A stretch of 64,000 nt of DNA from Kiritimatiellota bacterium (GCA_026398415.1 JAPLSY010000088.1:13633-77632), one strand, 5' to 3'; shown: positions 1 through 9,136, counted from the stretch's first letter. Numbers and translations: made by a program. Notes: generated from the sequence alone by a model not told the origin.

Positions 1-768
1 TCTTTCTCGTCCTTCATGAGTATTCTCGGCCCGTCCTCGACCACGCCCATCCAGGCGCGGGGGTTGCCGTTCGCGTCCCCCATGAATAGCCCAGGTCCAT
101 CCTTGGCCACGGACATCTGGGCGCGGAGTTTTGCGTTCTCGTCGAACATGGCCAGTCTCGGCCCATCCTTGTACACGGACATCTGGGCGCTGGGTTCGCT
201 GTTCTTATCCGCCATGAGCAGCACCGGTCCATCCTCGTTCACTTTCATCCCGGCGCGGAGATTTTCGTTTTCGTCCATCATAGACAGCATTGGCCCAGTT
301 TCGTCTACGTTCATCCCGGCGCGGAGATTTTCGTTCTCGTCCATCATGAATAGCCCTGGCCCATTCTTGGCCACGGTTATCTTGGCGCGGGGCTTGCCGT
401 TTTCGTCCAACATGAGTAGCCCTGGCCCATCCTCGGTCACGGCTATTATGGCGCTGGGTTGACCGTTCTCGTCAAACATGGTCAGCAACGGCCCATCCTC
501 GATCACGTTCATCCCAACGCGGGGAGTGCCGTTTTTGTCCGTCAAGGTCAGCATTGGCCTATCCTTGTTCACGTTCATCCCGGCGCGGACAGTGCCGTTC
601 TTGTCTATCATAGCCAGCATCGGCCCATCCTCGTCTACGTTCAACTTAATACACTCTTGCCCCTGGTCATCAAGAATGCACAATGCCTTTGTGCAAATTA
701 AGGTCTTCATTTTTTCGATCTCGCGTTCCAGCTTTTCCAAGCGTTCTTCTGTTGTCATGGCGCGTTCC
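1..768 (-). CDS. Tandem-repeat protein, 3'-truncated by window edge. N-terminal coiled-coil segment (MTTEERLEKLEREIEKMK...) followed by at least 11 copies of a 20-aa repeat (consensus about DENGxxRAxMxVxEDGPxLxM). Function unknown.
   Basis: Own translation of the minus strand from ATG at 766-768 (AAGGAA RBS 8 nt upstream) shows no stop codon down to position 1, with a conserved 20-aa periodicity. DNA has a 60-bp period at about 80% identity between units. Not in the ORF track because no stop lies within the window. Plus-strand ORFs 16..462 and 478..795 are S/P/F-rich antisense artefacts of the same repeats. Confidence 0.5.
20..700. repeat. About 11 tandem copies of an imperfect 60-bp unit (coding repeats of the feature above)
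   Basis: Visible periodicity, for example ccggcgcggagattttcgtt(t/c)tcgtccatcat... recurring every 60 bp. Confidence 0.7.
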
Positions 769-852
769 TTTTGTTTTGCCCTTGTTGGGCGGTAGTTTTC
801 GCGGACTTCTTTCCTTCCTTGCGCATGATGACCAGGGCTACTTGTTTCTAGA

Positions 853-2088
853 TCATGCTTCCATTTGCCAGAATTCATAAAGTCGCTTGGTAAACCGACC
901 AGACTTTATTGACTCTAGTTCCTGATTCAGCGTTTTCAGTTCTGCCTTGTCCTGTTTAGGTTGACGCTCGGCTATCCGGATAGCACGGTCGTAAACTTGT
1001 TCGGCTTTGGTGTTCTTGCCTGCGAGAGCCCAGAGCAGGCCAAGATTCTGCAGAAAGGAGATGAGAGCGCGACTATGAGCGCCGTTAGTGTCCTCCTCGA
1101 TTTGAACCGCCTGTTCAAGAGCATGTAAGCCTTCGTCCTTATCACCGGTTCTGGTCAATGTTAGGGCAAAATTATTCAAGACACTGGGGAGATTGCTGCT
1201 TCCCGTTCCATGCTCTTTTTCGAGGATGGACAGAGCCTGGCGGAATAACCGTTTTGCCTTTTGATACTGCTCTAATGTCACATAGACCAGAGCCAAATTG
1301 TTCATTGTATCTACAACCGACGGGTCTTGTGCGCCCGCTTTTACCCGGCGAATGGCCAGAGAGCGTTTATAGAGCGTCACCGCCTTTTTATTTTCCTTTA
1401 GACCGGTATTGACTTTGGCCAGAGAGTCAAGCATATCAGCAATCCGACTGTCCCGGCAACCGAAAGTCTTTTCACCTAAAGCCAGTGCCGATTGATAGGT
1501 TCTGCGGGCCTTCTTGAGGCTGGCCGCATCCTGATATTTGCCATGCTCCTCGTAGGCACAGCCGAGATGCAAGATGTGCATGACGCGGGTTTCCGCGTCG
1601 GATTGTTCGCAGACCGGCGCGGTAGTCGCGGTCTCCAGACAGCTTATGGCCTGACTGTATTCATCTTTGTCCAGGTGATTCATGCCGAGGTGGTCGAGCA
1701 CATCTGCCGTCGTCTCCAACTCATTGAAATGTTCTTCTTTCGACACTTCGCATGGTGAGTCATTCGCCGGTTCCATATCGGGGATCAGCATCTCATGTAA
1801 TTTGATCTGAATTAGTCCGTCGCCGAGATTTAGCGGTTCATATTCGGGAGTCACTTTCCAGCAGGCGCTCCGGCCATCCCGAACCACACCCAGGATGTTC
1901 AACTTCTTGAGCACCCATGGCGTTTGACATTCCGGGCATTGAGTGACTTTCCCGATCCGTTTTATCTGTTTGACAAGTTCTCGGCCGTCTTTAACCTCGT
2001 GTTCATAATTTTCCGGGCATTGCTTGCACCCGAGAGCCACAACGGCATAATTGCCCGGGAAAGTGAATTGTTTCATGATATTCCTCAT
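853..2088 (-). CDS. TPR-repeat protein (TPR_10/12-like) with N-terminal CxxC...CxxC zinc-ribbon-like segment
   Basis: Multiple TPR-like helical repeats (NLALVYVTLEQYQKAKRLFRQAL, LNNFALTL...). Cys pairs near the N-terminus (CKQCP...CPEC). Confidence 0.65.
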   Translation of the reverse strand: MRNIMKQFTFPGNYAVVALGCKQCPENYEHEVKDGRELVKQIKRIGKVTQCPECQTPWVLKKLNILGVVRDGRSACWKVTPEYEPLNLGDGLIQIKLHEMLIPDMEPANDSPCEVSKEEHFNELETTADVLDHLGMNHLDKDEYSQAISCLETATTAPVCEQSDAETRVMHILHLGCAYEEHGKYQDAASLKKARRTYQSALALGEKTFGCRDSRIADMLDSLAKVNTGLKENKKAVTLYKRSLAIRRVKAGAQDPSVVDTMNNLALVYVTLEQYQKAKRLFRQALSILEKEHGTGSSNLPSVLNNFALTLTRTGDKDEGLHALEQAVQIEEDTNGAHSRALISFLQNLGLLWALAGKNTKAEQVYDRAIRIAERQPKQDKAELKTLNQELESIKSGRFTKRLYEFWQMEA

Positions 2089-2109
2089 TATTAAGTCAAC
2101 GGAGCATTG

Positions 2110-2850
2110 TCAGTCCCCCTCAGCATATTTCCACTGGTCGTCCTGCGGTTCGGCTTTCCCCTGAAACGCCAGAGTACCCAGATAATTGGCAGCCTTTTCG
2201 ACCCCATTTTTGGCCGCCTTTCGGAGCCATCTCAGCGCCATCTTGTGATTCCTTGCGCCACCAATCCCCTTCTCATAAAAACAGGCCAATGCATATTGGG
2301 CATACCCATGCCCTTTATCCGCAGCACGTGAGAGCAGCCGCCGCGCCTTCAGCTGATTCCTTTTTATTTTAGGTCTATTGGCATAGCCTAAGCCCAATTC
2401 GCATAGGGCCGCAGGATGTCCTTGTTTGGCTGCCAGTCCATACCACCGAATGGCCTGGGCACGATCTTTTTTGATGCCAAGTCCATCATTGTAAATAATC
2501 CCAACATTGTGCTGCGCCGTACTGAGCCCAAGATCCGCGGCCCTTCTGAAATATCCAAGTGCTTTCGTATAATCGCGTCGCACCCCGTGGCCGCGATAAT
2601 ACATACCGCCCACGTCATTTATGGCTATGACATGCCCTTGGGCGGATGCCTTTTTCAACCATGCTAATGCTTCCTTATTGTCGGGATGATCGTTTTGCTG
2701 ATCTAGCAGCATCACGCCCAGCCGCCACTGAGCTTCGGCGTTGCCTGTTTCAGCCAATTTGCGATAGACCGCCATAGCTGACTCCCAATCTCCCTGCTTT
2801 TCACTTGCGATGCCTTTCTTGAGCTTCTTGGCGTCCATTTTCGATGTCAT
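2110..2850 (-). CDS. Sel1-like repeat (SLR) protein
   Basis: Six or more Sel1 repeats with the canonical pattern AQxxLGxxYxxGxGVxxDxxKAxxWYxKAAxQG. Confidence 0.8.
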   Translation of the reverse strand: MTSKMDAKKLKKGIASEKQGDWESAMAVYRKLAETGNAEAQWRLGVMLLDQQNDHPDNKEALAWLKKASAQGHVIAINDVGGMYYRGHGVRRDYTKALGYFRRAADLGLSTAQHNVGIIYNDGLGIKKDRAQAIRWYGLAAKQGHPAALCELGLGYANRPKIKRNQLKARRLLSRAADKGHGYAQYALACFYEKGIGGARNHKMALRWLRKAAKNGVEKAANYLGTLAFQGKAEPQDDQWKYAEGD

Positions 2851-2951
2851 TGTTGCCCCTCCTGTCCATGGTTTTACCTATCGGTGTTTAGCGCCCAAAT
2901 CCCTGAAAACACACTGTTCCTTTTTTCTGGAGCTAATGTAGCATGGACCAT

Positions 2952-3021
2952 AGGACAAACAATGTCCTATCCAATAAATAATTTTATCACGAATTGTGTT
3001 GATCCCTTGTCATGGAAGGGA
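2952..3021. promoter_or_regulatory. Two palindromes (AGGACAaacaaTGTCCT at 2952-2969; TCCCTTgtcatggAAGGGA at 3003-3021) in the 183-bp leader of the WYL regulator gene. Candidate operator/promoter region.
   Basis: Perfect inverted repeats seen directly upstream of the 3034 start, with a TTGATC-17-TAATAA promoter-like spacing overlapping the second palindrome. Confidence 0.3.
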
Positions 3022-3033
3022 TAATAAGACCTT

Positions 3034-4065
3034 ATGAAACGTTTCGATGCCGAGCAAAAGGCTCCTATGGCCAAGGCAAAATTCAAGCCTCAATTTCAGC
3101 GCTTGGTGTTTATCGATCAGAAAATCCGGGCCGGCCGATACCCGAACTGCACCACGCTTTCGCGGGAATGGGAGGTCAGTTACAAGACCATTCAGCGGGA
3201 TATTGATTACCTGAAAGATGCGCACGATGCGCCCATAGAATACGATAAGGCTCATTGTGGCTTTTATTATAAGGCCCCGACATGGTTCCTTCCCGCCGTC
3301 ATGCTCAGCGAAGGGGACATCTTTGCCCTGCTGATCGGCTCGCAGGCGTTGCAGATGTATCAGGGAACCCCGATGGCCAGGGAATTAAAGGCGATTTACG
3401 CCAAGCTGGCGCAATTGTTGCCTGAACAAATCTCCGTTCCGCCCGAATTGATCTTCAACCGGCTGAGTTTTCTGGGCGCTCCTTGCCGTCCAATTAACGC
3501 GGACATCTGGAAGTCGCTGGTCCGCGGGATACTTCATCAGCGGGCAATGTGGATCGAGTACGCGTCTCCACGTTCCAATAAGCCAAAGGAGCACACGATT
3601 CATCCACTGCACATTGCGAACATCGAAGGCGATTGGTATGTCCTGGCACACGAAACGCGGTGGAAAGACATCGCGCAATATGCCGTATCGAGAATCAGGA
3701 AAGCCGAATTACAGGACACTACGTTTGTACCGCCGAGAGGTTTTGACGCCAAGCGGATTCTGAAAGACCGGTTTGGCAAGTTCATTCATGTGGATGGCGG
3801 CAAGAGAATCACGGTTCGCCTGCGATTCAGTCCTGAAACCGCCAACTACATCTCGGAACGATCCTGGCACCCCCAGCAGAAACTACGCATCCTGAGAACC
3901 GGGGAGGCCGAACTACAGTTTCCCGTGGCGGATTTAGCTGACGTTGTGCCGTGGGTGCTGAGTTTCGGCGCCGAGGTCAAGGTGCTTCAGCCGCGGACAC
4001 TACGCGCGGCGATCTTGGCAAGACTGCAGGAAACGCTTATGATGTATCGCGATGGGGGAAAATAA
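3034..4065 (+). CDS. WYL-domain transcriptional regulator (wHTH + WYL + C-terminal WCX; BrxR/CapW/PafBC-like)
   Basis: N-terminal DeoR-like HTH (TLSREWEVSYKTIQRDIDYLKDAHDAPIEYD). WYL core (HTIHPLHIANIEGDWYVLAHETRWKDIAQYAVSRIRKAELQ). Length about 340 aa is typical. Confidence 0.8.
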   Translation: MKRFDAEQKAPMAKAKFKPQFQRLVFIDQKIRAGRYPNCTTLSREWEVSYKTIQRDIDYLKDAHDAPIEYDKAHCGFYYKAPTWFLPAVMLSEGDIFALLIGSQALQMYQGTPMARELKAIYAKLAQLLPEQISVPPELIFNRLSFLGAPCRPINADIWKSLVRGILHQRAMWIEYASPRSNKPKEHTIHPLHIANIEGDWYVLAHETRWKDIAQYAVSRIRKAELQDTTFVPPRGFDAKRILKDRFGKFIHVDGGKRITVRLRFSPETANYISERSWHPQQKLRILRTGEAELQFPVADLADVVPWVLSFGAEVKVLQPRTLRAAILARLQETLMMYRDGGK

Positions 4066-5173
4066 CGCCATGATCATAACCAAAACGCTGATGAAACAGG
4101 GAAAGACGCCGCCGCCGACAGGCGGCACACTGCTGGCTGATGTGCGGACGATGATTCTCACCGCGCGGGAAGGCGTTGCTCGTGCGGTGGACGCCGGCCT
4201 GACGACGCTCTACTGGCATGTTGGCCGGCGCATACGACACGATATCCTGAAAGAACAGCGCGCCGGGTACGGGGAAGGGATTGTCTCCGCACTGGGGAGA
4301 CAATTGGCCGCGGAGTTTGGTCGAGGGTTCTCGGAGAAATCTCTGCGACACATGATACGGTTTGCGGAGGCGTTCTCAGATTTCAAGATTGTCTCATCAC
4401 TGCTGAGACAATTGTCTTGGAGCCATTTCCTTGCTCTGATCTACCTCGATGATCCGCTCAAGCGCGACTTTTACGCCGAGATGTGCCGGATCGAACGCTG
4501 GAACACGCGGACGTTGGCGAAAAAGATCCAGTCCATGCTTTTCGAGCGTACCGCGCTGTCCCGTAAGCCCGCCAAGCTGGCCGAGATGGAATTGAAGCAA
4601 CTGCGGGAAGAAGACAAGTTGACCCCTGACCTGGTCTTTCGTGACCCGTACCTCCTGGACTTCCTGGGGCTGAAGAATACTTACGCAGAGAAAGATGTCG
4701 AGGCCGCCATTCTCCGGGAAATGGAGTCGTTCATCCTTGAACTCGGCGTAGGCTTTGCCTTCATGGAGCGGCAGAAACGGATCACGGTGGACGGCGACGA
4801 TTACTACCTGGACTTGCTTTTCTTTCACCGGCGACTGAAACGGCTGGTGGCCATCGAACTGAAGCTGGGCGATTTCAAACCGGCCGACAAGGGCCAGATG
4901 GAACTTTATCTGCGTTGGCTCGACAAATATGAGCGCCGGGAAGGTGAAGACAGTCCGCTCGGGTTAATCCTGTGCGCCGGGAAGAAGGAAGAGACCGTGC
5001 GCCTGCTCGACATGGAGAAAAGCGGCATCCGGGTTGCTGCCTACTGGACCGAAATCCTGCCCAAGGCACAATTGGAACGGAAACTCCATGAAGCCGTGCT
5101 TCTCGCGCGCGAACGGTTGACGGCCAAAAAGACTGCGGTACGTAAGCGCAAGCGCCTGGACGGAGGAAAGTGA
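4052..5173 (+). CDS. DUF1016/YhcG-family PD-(D/E)xK nuclease (PDDEXK_1)
   Basis: N-terminal YhcG_N signature (LSWSHFLALIYLDDPLKRDFYAEMCRIERWNTRTL). C-terminal nuclease signature (VAIELKLGDFKPADKGQMELYLRWLD...PLGLILCAGKKEE). Start overlaps the WYL gene stop by 14 nt. Confidence 0.8.
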   Translation: MGENNAMIITKTLMKQGKTPPPTGGTLLADVRTMILTAREGVARAVDAGLTTLYWHVGRRIRHDILKEQRAGYGEGIVSALGRQLAAEFGRGFSEKSLRHMIRFAEAFSDFKIVSSLLRQLSWSHFLALIYLDDPLKRDFYAEMCRIERWNTRTLAKKIQSMLFERTALSRKPAKLAEMELKQLREEDKLTPDLVFRDPYLLDFLGLKNTYAEKDVEAAILREMESFILELGVGFAFMERQKRITVDGDDYYLDLLFFHRRLKRLVAIELKLGDFKPADKGQMELYLRWLDKYERREGEDSPLGLILCAGKKEETVRLLDMEKSGIRVAAYWTEILPKAQLERKLHEAVLLARERLTAKKTAVRKRKRLDGGK

Positions 5174-5210
5174 TTATATCCCAAACCGTCTTTACCCACA
5201 AAGGAGCAAC

Positions 5211-6230
5211 ATGAAAAAAAGAAGGCGTGAAGAAGACATGTATCCGGCAATAAAACGATACTTCATAAAGAAATTGGATTGCGAACATATTTCGGTGGAC
5301 TTGCCCGGTCAAAAGAAAGTACACCTGCCTAGAAATCTCAGCAAAAGAGACCCCGATGTCCTTGGTATCACTACTGATGGTGAGGTTGTCGCGGCAGAAG
5401 GCAAATTATTGTCCCAGAGCGGCCAGCCATTTGAGGTATGTATCGAGCAGTTACTCAGCCTCAAGTCTTTTGCTGATCATCTCTATGCCTTCTTCCCAAA
5501 AGAAGAATGGAATGAATTGTCCGCGGATGATGTGAAGACGAACAGGAAACGTCTAAAGAATAAAGGGATTGGGCTAATCTTGGTCGATCAGAAAAGCAGG
5601 TGTTTTGATATCTTGAATGTTCCGCCGAATCCTGATGTCGAGGAGTCGAAACGAGATGCTGTCAAAAAACAGCTTGGCCTTCAGGCTGATGATCGAATTC
5701 CGGATATCGGTTGCTTATCTACATCGGATGCAACAGTTGCCAATAAACTGCTGTGCTTGGTAGACGAAACTATTACCGAAGCCGTGAGAACTGCTTTACG
5801 AAAAGTATTCAAGCAAGCCAAGAAAAAAGGCAAGAACTGGGATGTCTATCCGATTGCAGGCAGCGAAGGATGTGATGCCCGTGTGTTCCGGGTTTACTTT
5901 GATCACGGGGCGGTTGACGTGGAGATAGACCCATTCGGTGCCTACTTGAGAGATGGCAGGCCATGCATTTGGGTTTCCAAAGCGGTAGAAGATGATTTCT
6001 TTGAGACAAAAGGTAGGCGGTGTGACTCGATTGGAACACATGCATACTTTTTAGATAAGGGCGATGTGGTCTCTCTCTATGATGCAACCACGGATAGGGC
6101 GCGGCGGTGTTCCGAAGCTGGGTTCTGGTCATTCCTGATGCACCAGATTCCGTTTCTTGGCCGTTCGCGATCCGGTCTTGAGGATGAACTTGAAGCGGTA
6201 ATTCGCGCGGCCAAACAATTGAAAGGCTAA
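5211..6230 (+). CDS. Hypothetical protein (339 aa) in a low-GC segment. Possible N-terminal PD-(D/E)xK-like motif (DPDVLGI...EVVAAEGK).
   Basis: Long ORF with Lys-rich N-terminus and strong AT bias relative to surroundings. The motif assignment is tentative. No recognisable family. Confidence 0.45.
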   Translation: MKKRRREEDMYPAIKRYFIKKLDCEHISVDLPGQKKVHLPRNLSKRDPDVLGITTDGEVVAAEGKLLSQSGQPFEVCIEQLLSLKSFADHLYAFFPKEEWNELSADDVKTNRKRLKNKGIGLILVDQKSRCFDILNVPPNPDVEESKRDAVKKQLGLQADDRIPDIGCLSTSDATVANKLLCLVDETITEAVRTALRKVFKQAKKKGKNWDVYPIAGSEGCDARVFRVYFDHGAVDVEIDPFGAYLRDGRPCIWVSKAVEDDFFETKGRRCDSIGTHAYFLDKGDVVSLYDATTDRARRCSEAGFWSFLMHQIPFLGRSRSGLEDELEAVIRAAKQLKG

Positions 6231-6293
6231 AAACTATACAGGGTGCCAATATCTGACCCGCACGGTGACCAATTGCTGGTGTGACGGTAACGC

Positions 6294-7370
6294 CTACTTC
6301 TTCTTCCTCAACGCACGCACTTTTCCCCGAAGCTTCCGCCAAGGAACGGTCTTTCTCGGTCCGGGATGGAGCATGGTGTGGCAGTTCGAACAGACTACGA
6401 GGAGATCGTTTCTCGGGTCTATCTGCCGGCGTCCACTGCGCGCCAACGGTCTAATGTGATGCACCTCCGCGAACTTCACGCCGTAGGTTTTTTCAAAGGT
6501 AAAATCACAGACTCGGCATACATATCCATCCTCCAACGCCGCCCGACGATTTCGAGCATCTCTCTCTACTACACGCTTTATGACCTCATGCCTACGTCCC
6601 TCGATAAACCCCTTTTGCTTTTCATCATCTTTTATTTCTATTGGTGTTTGAAAAGGCACCCGATCCTTTTTTCGGATGCACGCCCCTTGCCGAGTCATAC
6701 GATGAAAAAATGCATCGAACTCATCGAAACTCCGAAAACCATTATCTACGGCAATACTTCTGAGTCGAGGAACATGTCTATGAATGTATACGTCTACACG
6801 CTTGGTCTTGACGAATCCATAGATCACTGCCTCAAAACCGCGAATTGATCCGTCATTCACTATTGGATACCACATGGGCTGAAGAACCCAGACAAACGTG
6901 CTTATAACACCAATCCCCAGACCGCTGACTGGGTGCTTAGCGTAATTCTCCAACGCCCTATCGGCATAGTTTCGATCCTTTGCTTTTGCTACAGTCCGCA
7001 GCATCTGCCAAAGACGTTCCCTGTCCCCTTTTTTTCTCAAACAGTGCTCGATAGATCCAAGAGTGCCGCCCACTATGCCCGACCACTTCTTTCTTGCTCT
7101 GTCAATACTTCTCAAGATTTTCGGCGGAAAACCTCTTTCATACACGGCAAGCTTGGCTTCCGGGCCGCATTTACCTTCATAACGAAGAGCGCGATACAAG
7201 GCATCGAACTGTTGCGAAGTTGGCAGTCTCTTTCTACTGGTTAGATAGCTAAAAAATATGCAGAAGACACGTTGAGCACGGTGGTAGTTCCATTCATCAT
7301 TGTGTTTCCGTTTCCAGTCGCGGCGGAAACGACTAAGTTCAACATGTAAATTTCTCGCTCCCATATTCAT
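6294..7370 (-). CDS. HNH-endonuclease-domain protein (C-terminal HNH/ββα-Me; N-terminal about 250-aa domain of unknown function)
   Basis: C-terminal CRVCDFTFEKTYGVKFAEVHHIRPLARSG...NDLLVVCSNCHTMLH, with two Cys pairs flanking His-His as in HNH. Low-GC, convergent with the 5211..6230 gene. Confidence 0.7.
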   Translation of the reverse strand: MNMGARNLHVELSRFRRDWKRKHNDEWNYHRAQRVFCIFFSYLTSRKRLPTSQQFDALYRALRYEGKCGPEAKLAVYERGFPPKILRSIDRARKKWSGIVGGTLGSIEHCLRKKGDRERLWQMLRTVAKAKDRNYADRALENYAKHPVSGLGIGVISTFVWVLQPMWYPIVNDGSIRGFEAVIYGFVKTKRVDVYIHRHVPRLRSIAVDNGFRSFDEFDAFFHRMTRQGACIRKKDRVPFQTPIEIKDDEKQKGFIEGRRHEVIKRVVERDARNRRAALEDGYVCRVCDFTFEKTYGVKFAEVHHIRPLARSGRRQIDPRNDLLVVCSNCHTMLHPGPRKTVPWRKLRGKVRALRKKK

Positions 7371-7580
7371 CCTCCTGTCTTGGTTTAATGCTCCGGGATT
7401 TTTCCGATGGATCCAACCTTAGGCTGAACTCATCCCGTTTTCGGCCCGGTCGGAGCGAAAGAGTTTTATGCCGCGAGTTTGGCACATTTGGTCGCATAGT
7501 CAAGCGGCGACAGATTATAGAGCAGTGATTCTCTGTATTGCCACGTCCAACCACCAGCGGATGTCGTGGCCGACTGCATT

Positions 7581-9050
7581 TCAATGCTTAACGGTGCCTT
7601 GAAGATTGCGCAGAATTCCAATCATCCCGCCCGTATCCTGACCACAATATCGCAAGAGTTGATTCCGTATCTTGCGCCGCTCGGCTGTGCTGACATCGCC
7701 AAATGTAACCCGCAGGAATTCCTGGCTGGCTGTTGATCCGTCTGCAATGGGCAAGTTGTCATAACTCCGCTTTGTCAAGGCCGGCATCACCCGCTTCAAT
7801 GAATTGCTGCCATGCTGGCGAGGATGATAATAGGCGACCTTCCTGAACGGGATAATGAGGTCGTTGATTCGCTTCAGGACTTCACAAACCCACAGTCTGT
7901 GCGCCGGAAATGCTTGAGCCATCTGTTTGAGCATGTTTTTCTCAAAAGCCATGTAGAATACCAGGATCGTCCCGGAACGACCAATGGTATGCTTCAGACT
8001 TTGGAGAAGTTTCGGGCGAGGATCATTCCGGCCTTCGGCCAGAAATGAGTGATGAACTGGCTTCGCCCTTGGCGCATCGAGTACGTGCAGTGAATATTGA
8101 AAAGGTATCTGCTGGTAGGGCTTGGTTCCGTCAAAGATCGGAATGGGTGTGCTGAATGTCTCGAAATCAAGGAGCCTTACGGGATATTCGATCTCCGATA
8201 GGAAGCCTGCGATAGCGGGAGCATCGATATGAGGTCTGTGTGTCCTGAGACTTTTGACTTGGACAGCCTGGTACTTAGTGAATTTAAAGTCCTGCGGAAT
8301 GTCTTTGATTTTGATGATACCGTTCTCAAATAGGTCAAACTTCTTGTTCCCGATCTGGTATAATTCAAAAATATTGTCTTTGGGCAGAAAAGACCAACAG
8401 GCATCCATAAGAGGGCATCCAACCGGTGTGCTGCACTGCGGGCCAATAGGAATCTTTGGACACTTGGCCGCCGCAATTATTTTCCGGATGCGAACAACAT
8501 CTGTGGGAATCGTTCGGAGGTTCGCTTTAACCTCATTGCTGACATGGTGAATGCAGAACAGCTTCTTGATTCTGATCGGACCTCGTTTTACGTATTCCTG
8601 GTTAAGAGTCGCGATGTGGGTATGGTGTATCGGTAGTCCCGACTTATCGCAGACATACTTCTGGAAAGCCACATCCTGGATAAAGTGATCTTCGATATCC
8701 GTTGTGGATTTAACCTCGACAATATCCCATCCGCCTCTGACCGGAACAAGGATGTCAATCTGGGCGTAGAAGTCAGTAAAGGCAATGGCTGCTTCGTAGA
8801 TCGGCTTGCGGCTCAAGAGCGCCTTCCTGGTGGCTGTGATTCGGTCTGAAAGACGGAGAGCTGTATCTATGGCGATACCACCCGGAAAGAGGGACTGAGC
8901 CTGGATGCCAACCTCTTGCCCGCGTTCGATGGCGGATGGAACATCATCACCTTCTGTGACCAAGTCCTTAGGTCTGTGAACCCGAGTCCACAACAACTTT
9001 GAGCACTGGAGCCCCGCCATGTAGTTTGTCTTGGTAATCAGCATCCACAA
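7581..9050 (-). CDS. DUF2779-like predicted nuclease: N-terminal Cas4/RecB-like PD-(D/E)xK domain with 4-Cys cluster plus C-terminal DEDD (RNase H-like) exonuclease-like domain
   Basis: N-terminus MAGLQCSKLLW. Motif QIDILVP...WDIVEVKSTT (D...EVK). Cys cluster CPKIPIGPQCSTPVGCPLMDAC. The RLLDFETFSTPIP motif resembles exonuclease motif I. Confidence 0.55.
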   Translation of the reverse strand: MWMLITKTNYMAGLQCSKLLWTRVHRPKDLVTEGDDVPSAIERGQEVGIQAQSLFPGGIAIDTALRLSDRITATRKALLSRKPIYEAAIAFTDFYAQIDILVPVRGGWDIVEVKSTTDIEDHFIQDVAFQKYVCDKSGLPIHHTHIATLNQEYVKRGPIRIKKLFCIHHVSNEVKANLRTIPTDVVRIRKIIAAAKCPKIPIGPQCSTPVGCPLMDACWSFLPKDNIFELYQIGNKKFDLFENGIIKIKDIPQDFKFTKYQAVQVKSLRTHRPHIDAPAIAGFLSEIEYPVRLLDFETFSTPIPIFDGTKPYQQIPFQYSLHVLDAPRAKPVHHSFLAEGRNDPRPKLLQSLKHTIGRSGTILVFYMAFEKNMLKQMAQAFPAHRLWVCEVLKRINDLIIPFRKVAYYHPRQHGSNSLKRVMPALTKRSYDNLPIADGSTASQEFLRVTFGDVSTAERRKIRNQLLRYCGQDTGGMIGILRNLQGTVKH

Positions 9051-9136
9051 ACTCCAACGTCAGGCCAATGGCTAATGGCGCTTGGATATGGTTAAACCTT
9101 GTTCTCTCGTCGTTCTATCGCTTGTCAAACCAAAGG

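Noticed and set aside
20-700. Possible CRISPR array because of regular roughly 60-bp repeats
   Set aside because: Units are contiguous with no unique spacers, are about 80% identical rather than near-perfect, and maintain an open reading frame. This is a coding tandem repeat, not CRISPR. No CRISPR-like array elsewhere in the window.
16-795. Plus-strand ORFs 16..462 and 478..795 (S/P/F/A-rich, low complexity)
   Set aside because: They are the antisense reading of the 60-bp tandem repeats. The minus strand gives a compositionally normal repeat protein with an ATG and RBS, so the plus-strand ORFs are judged artefacts.
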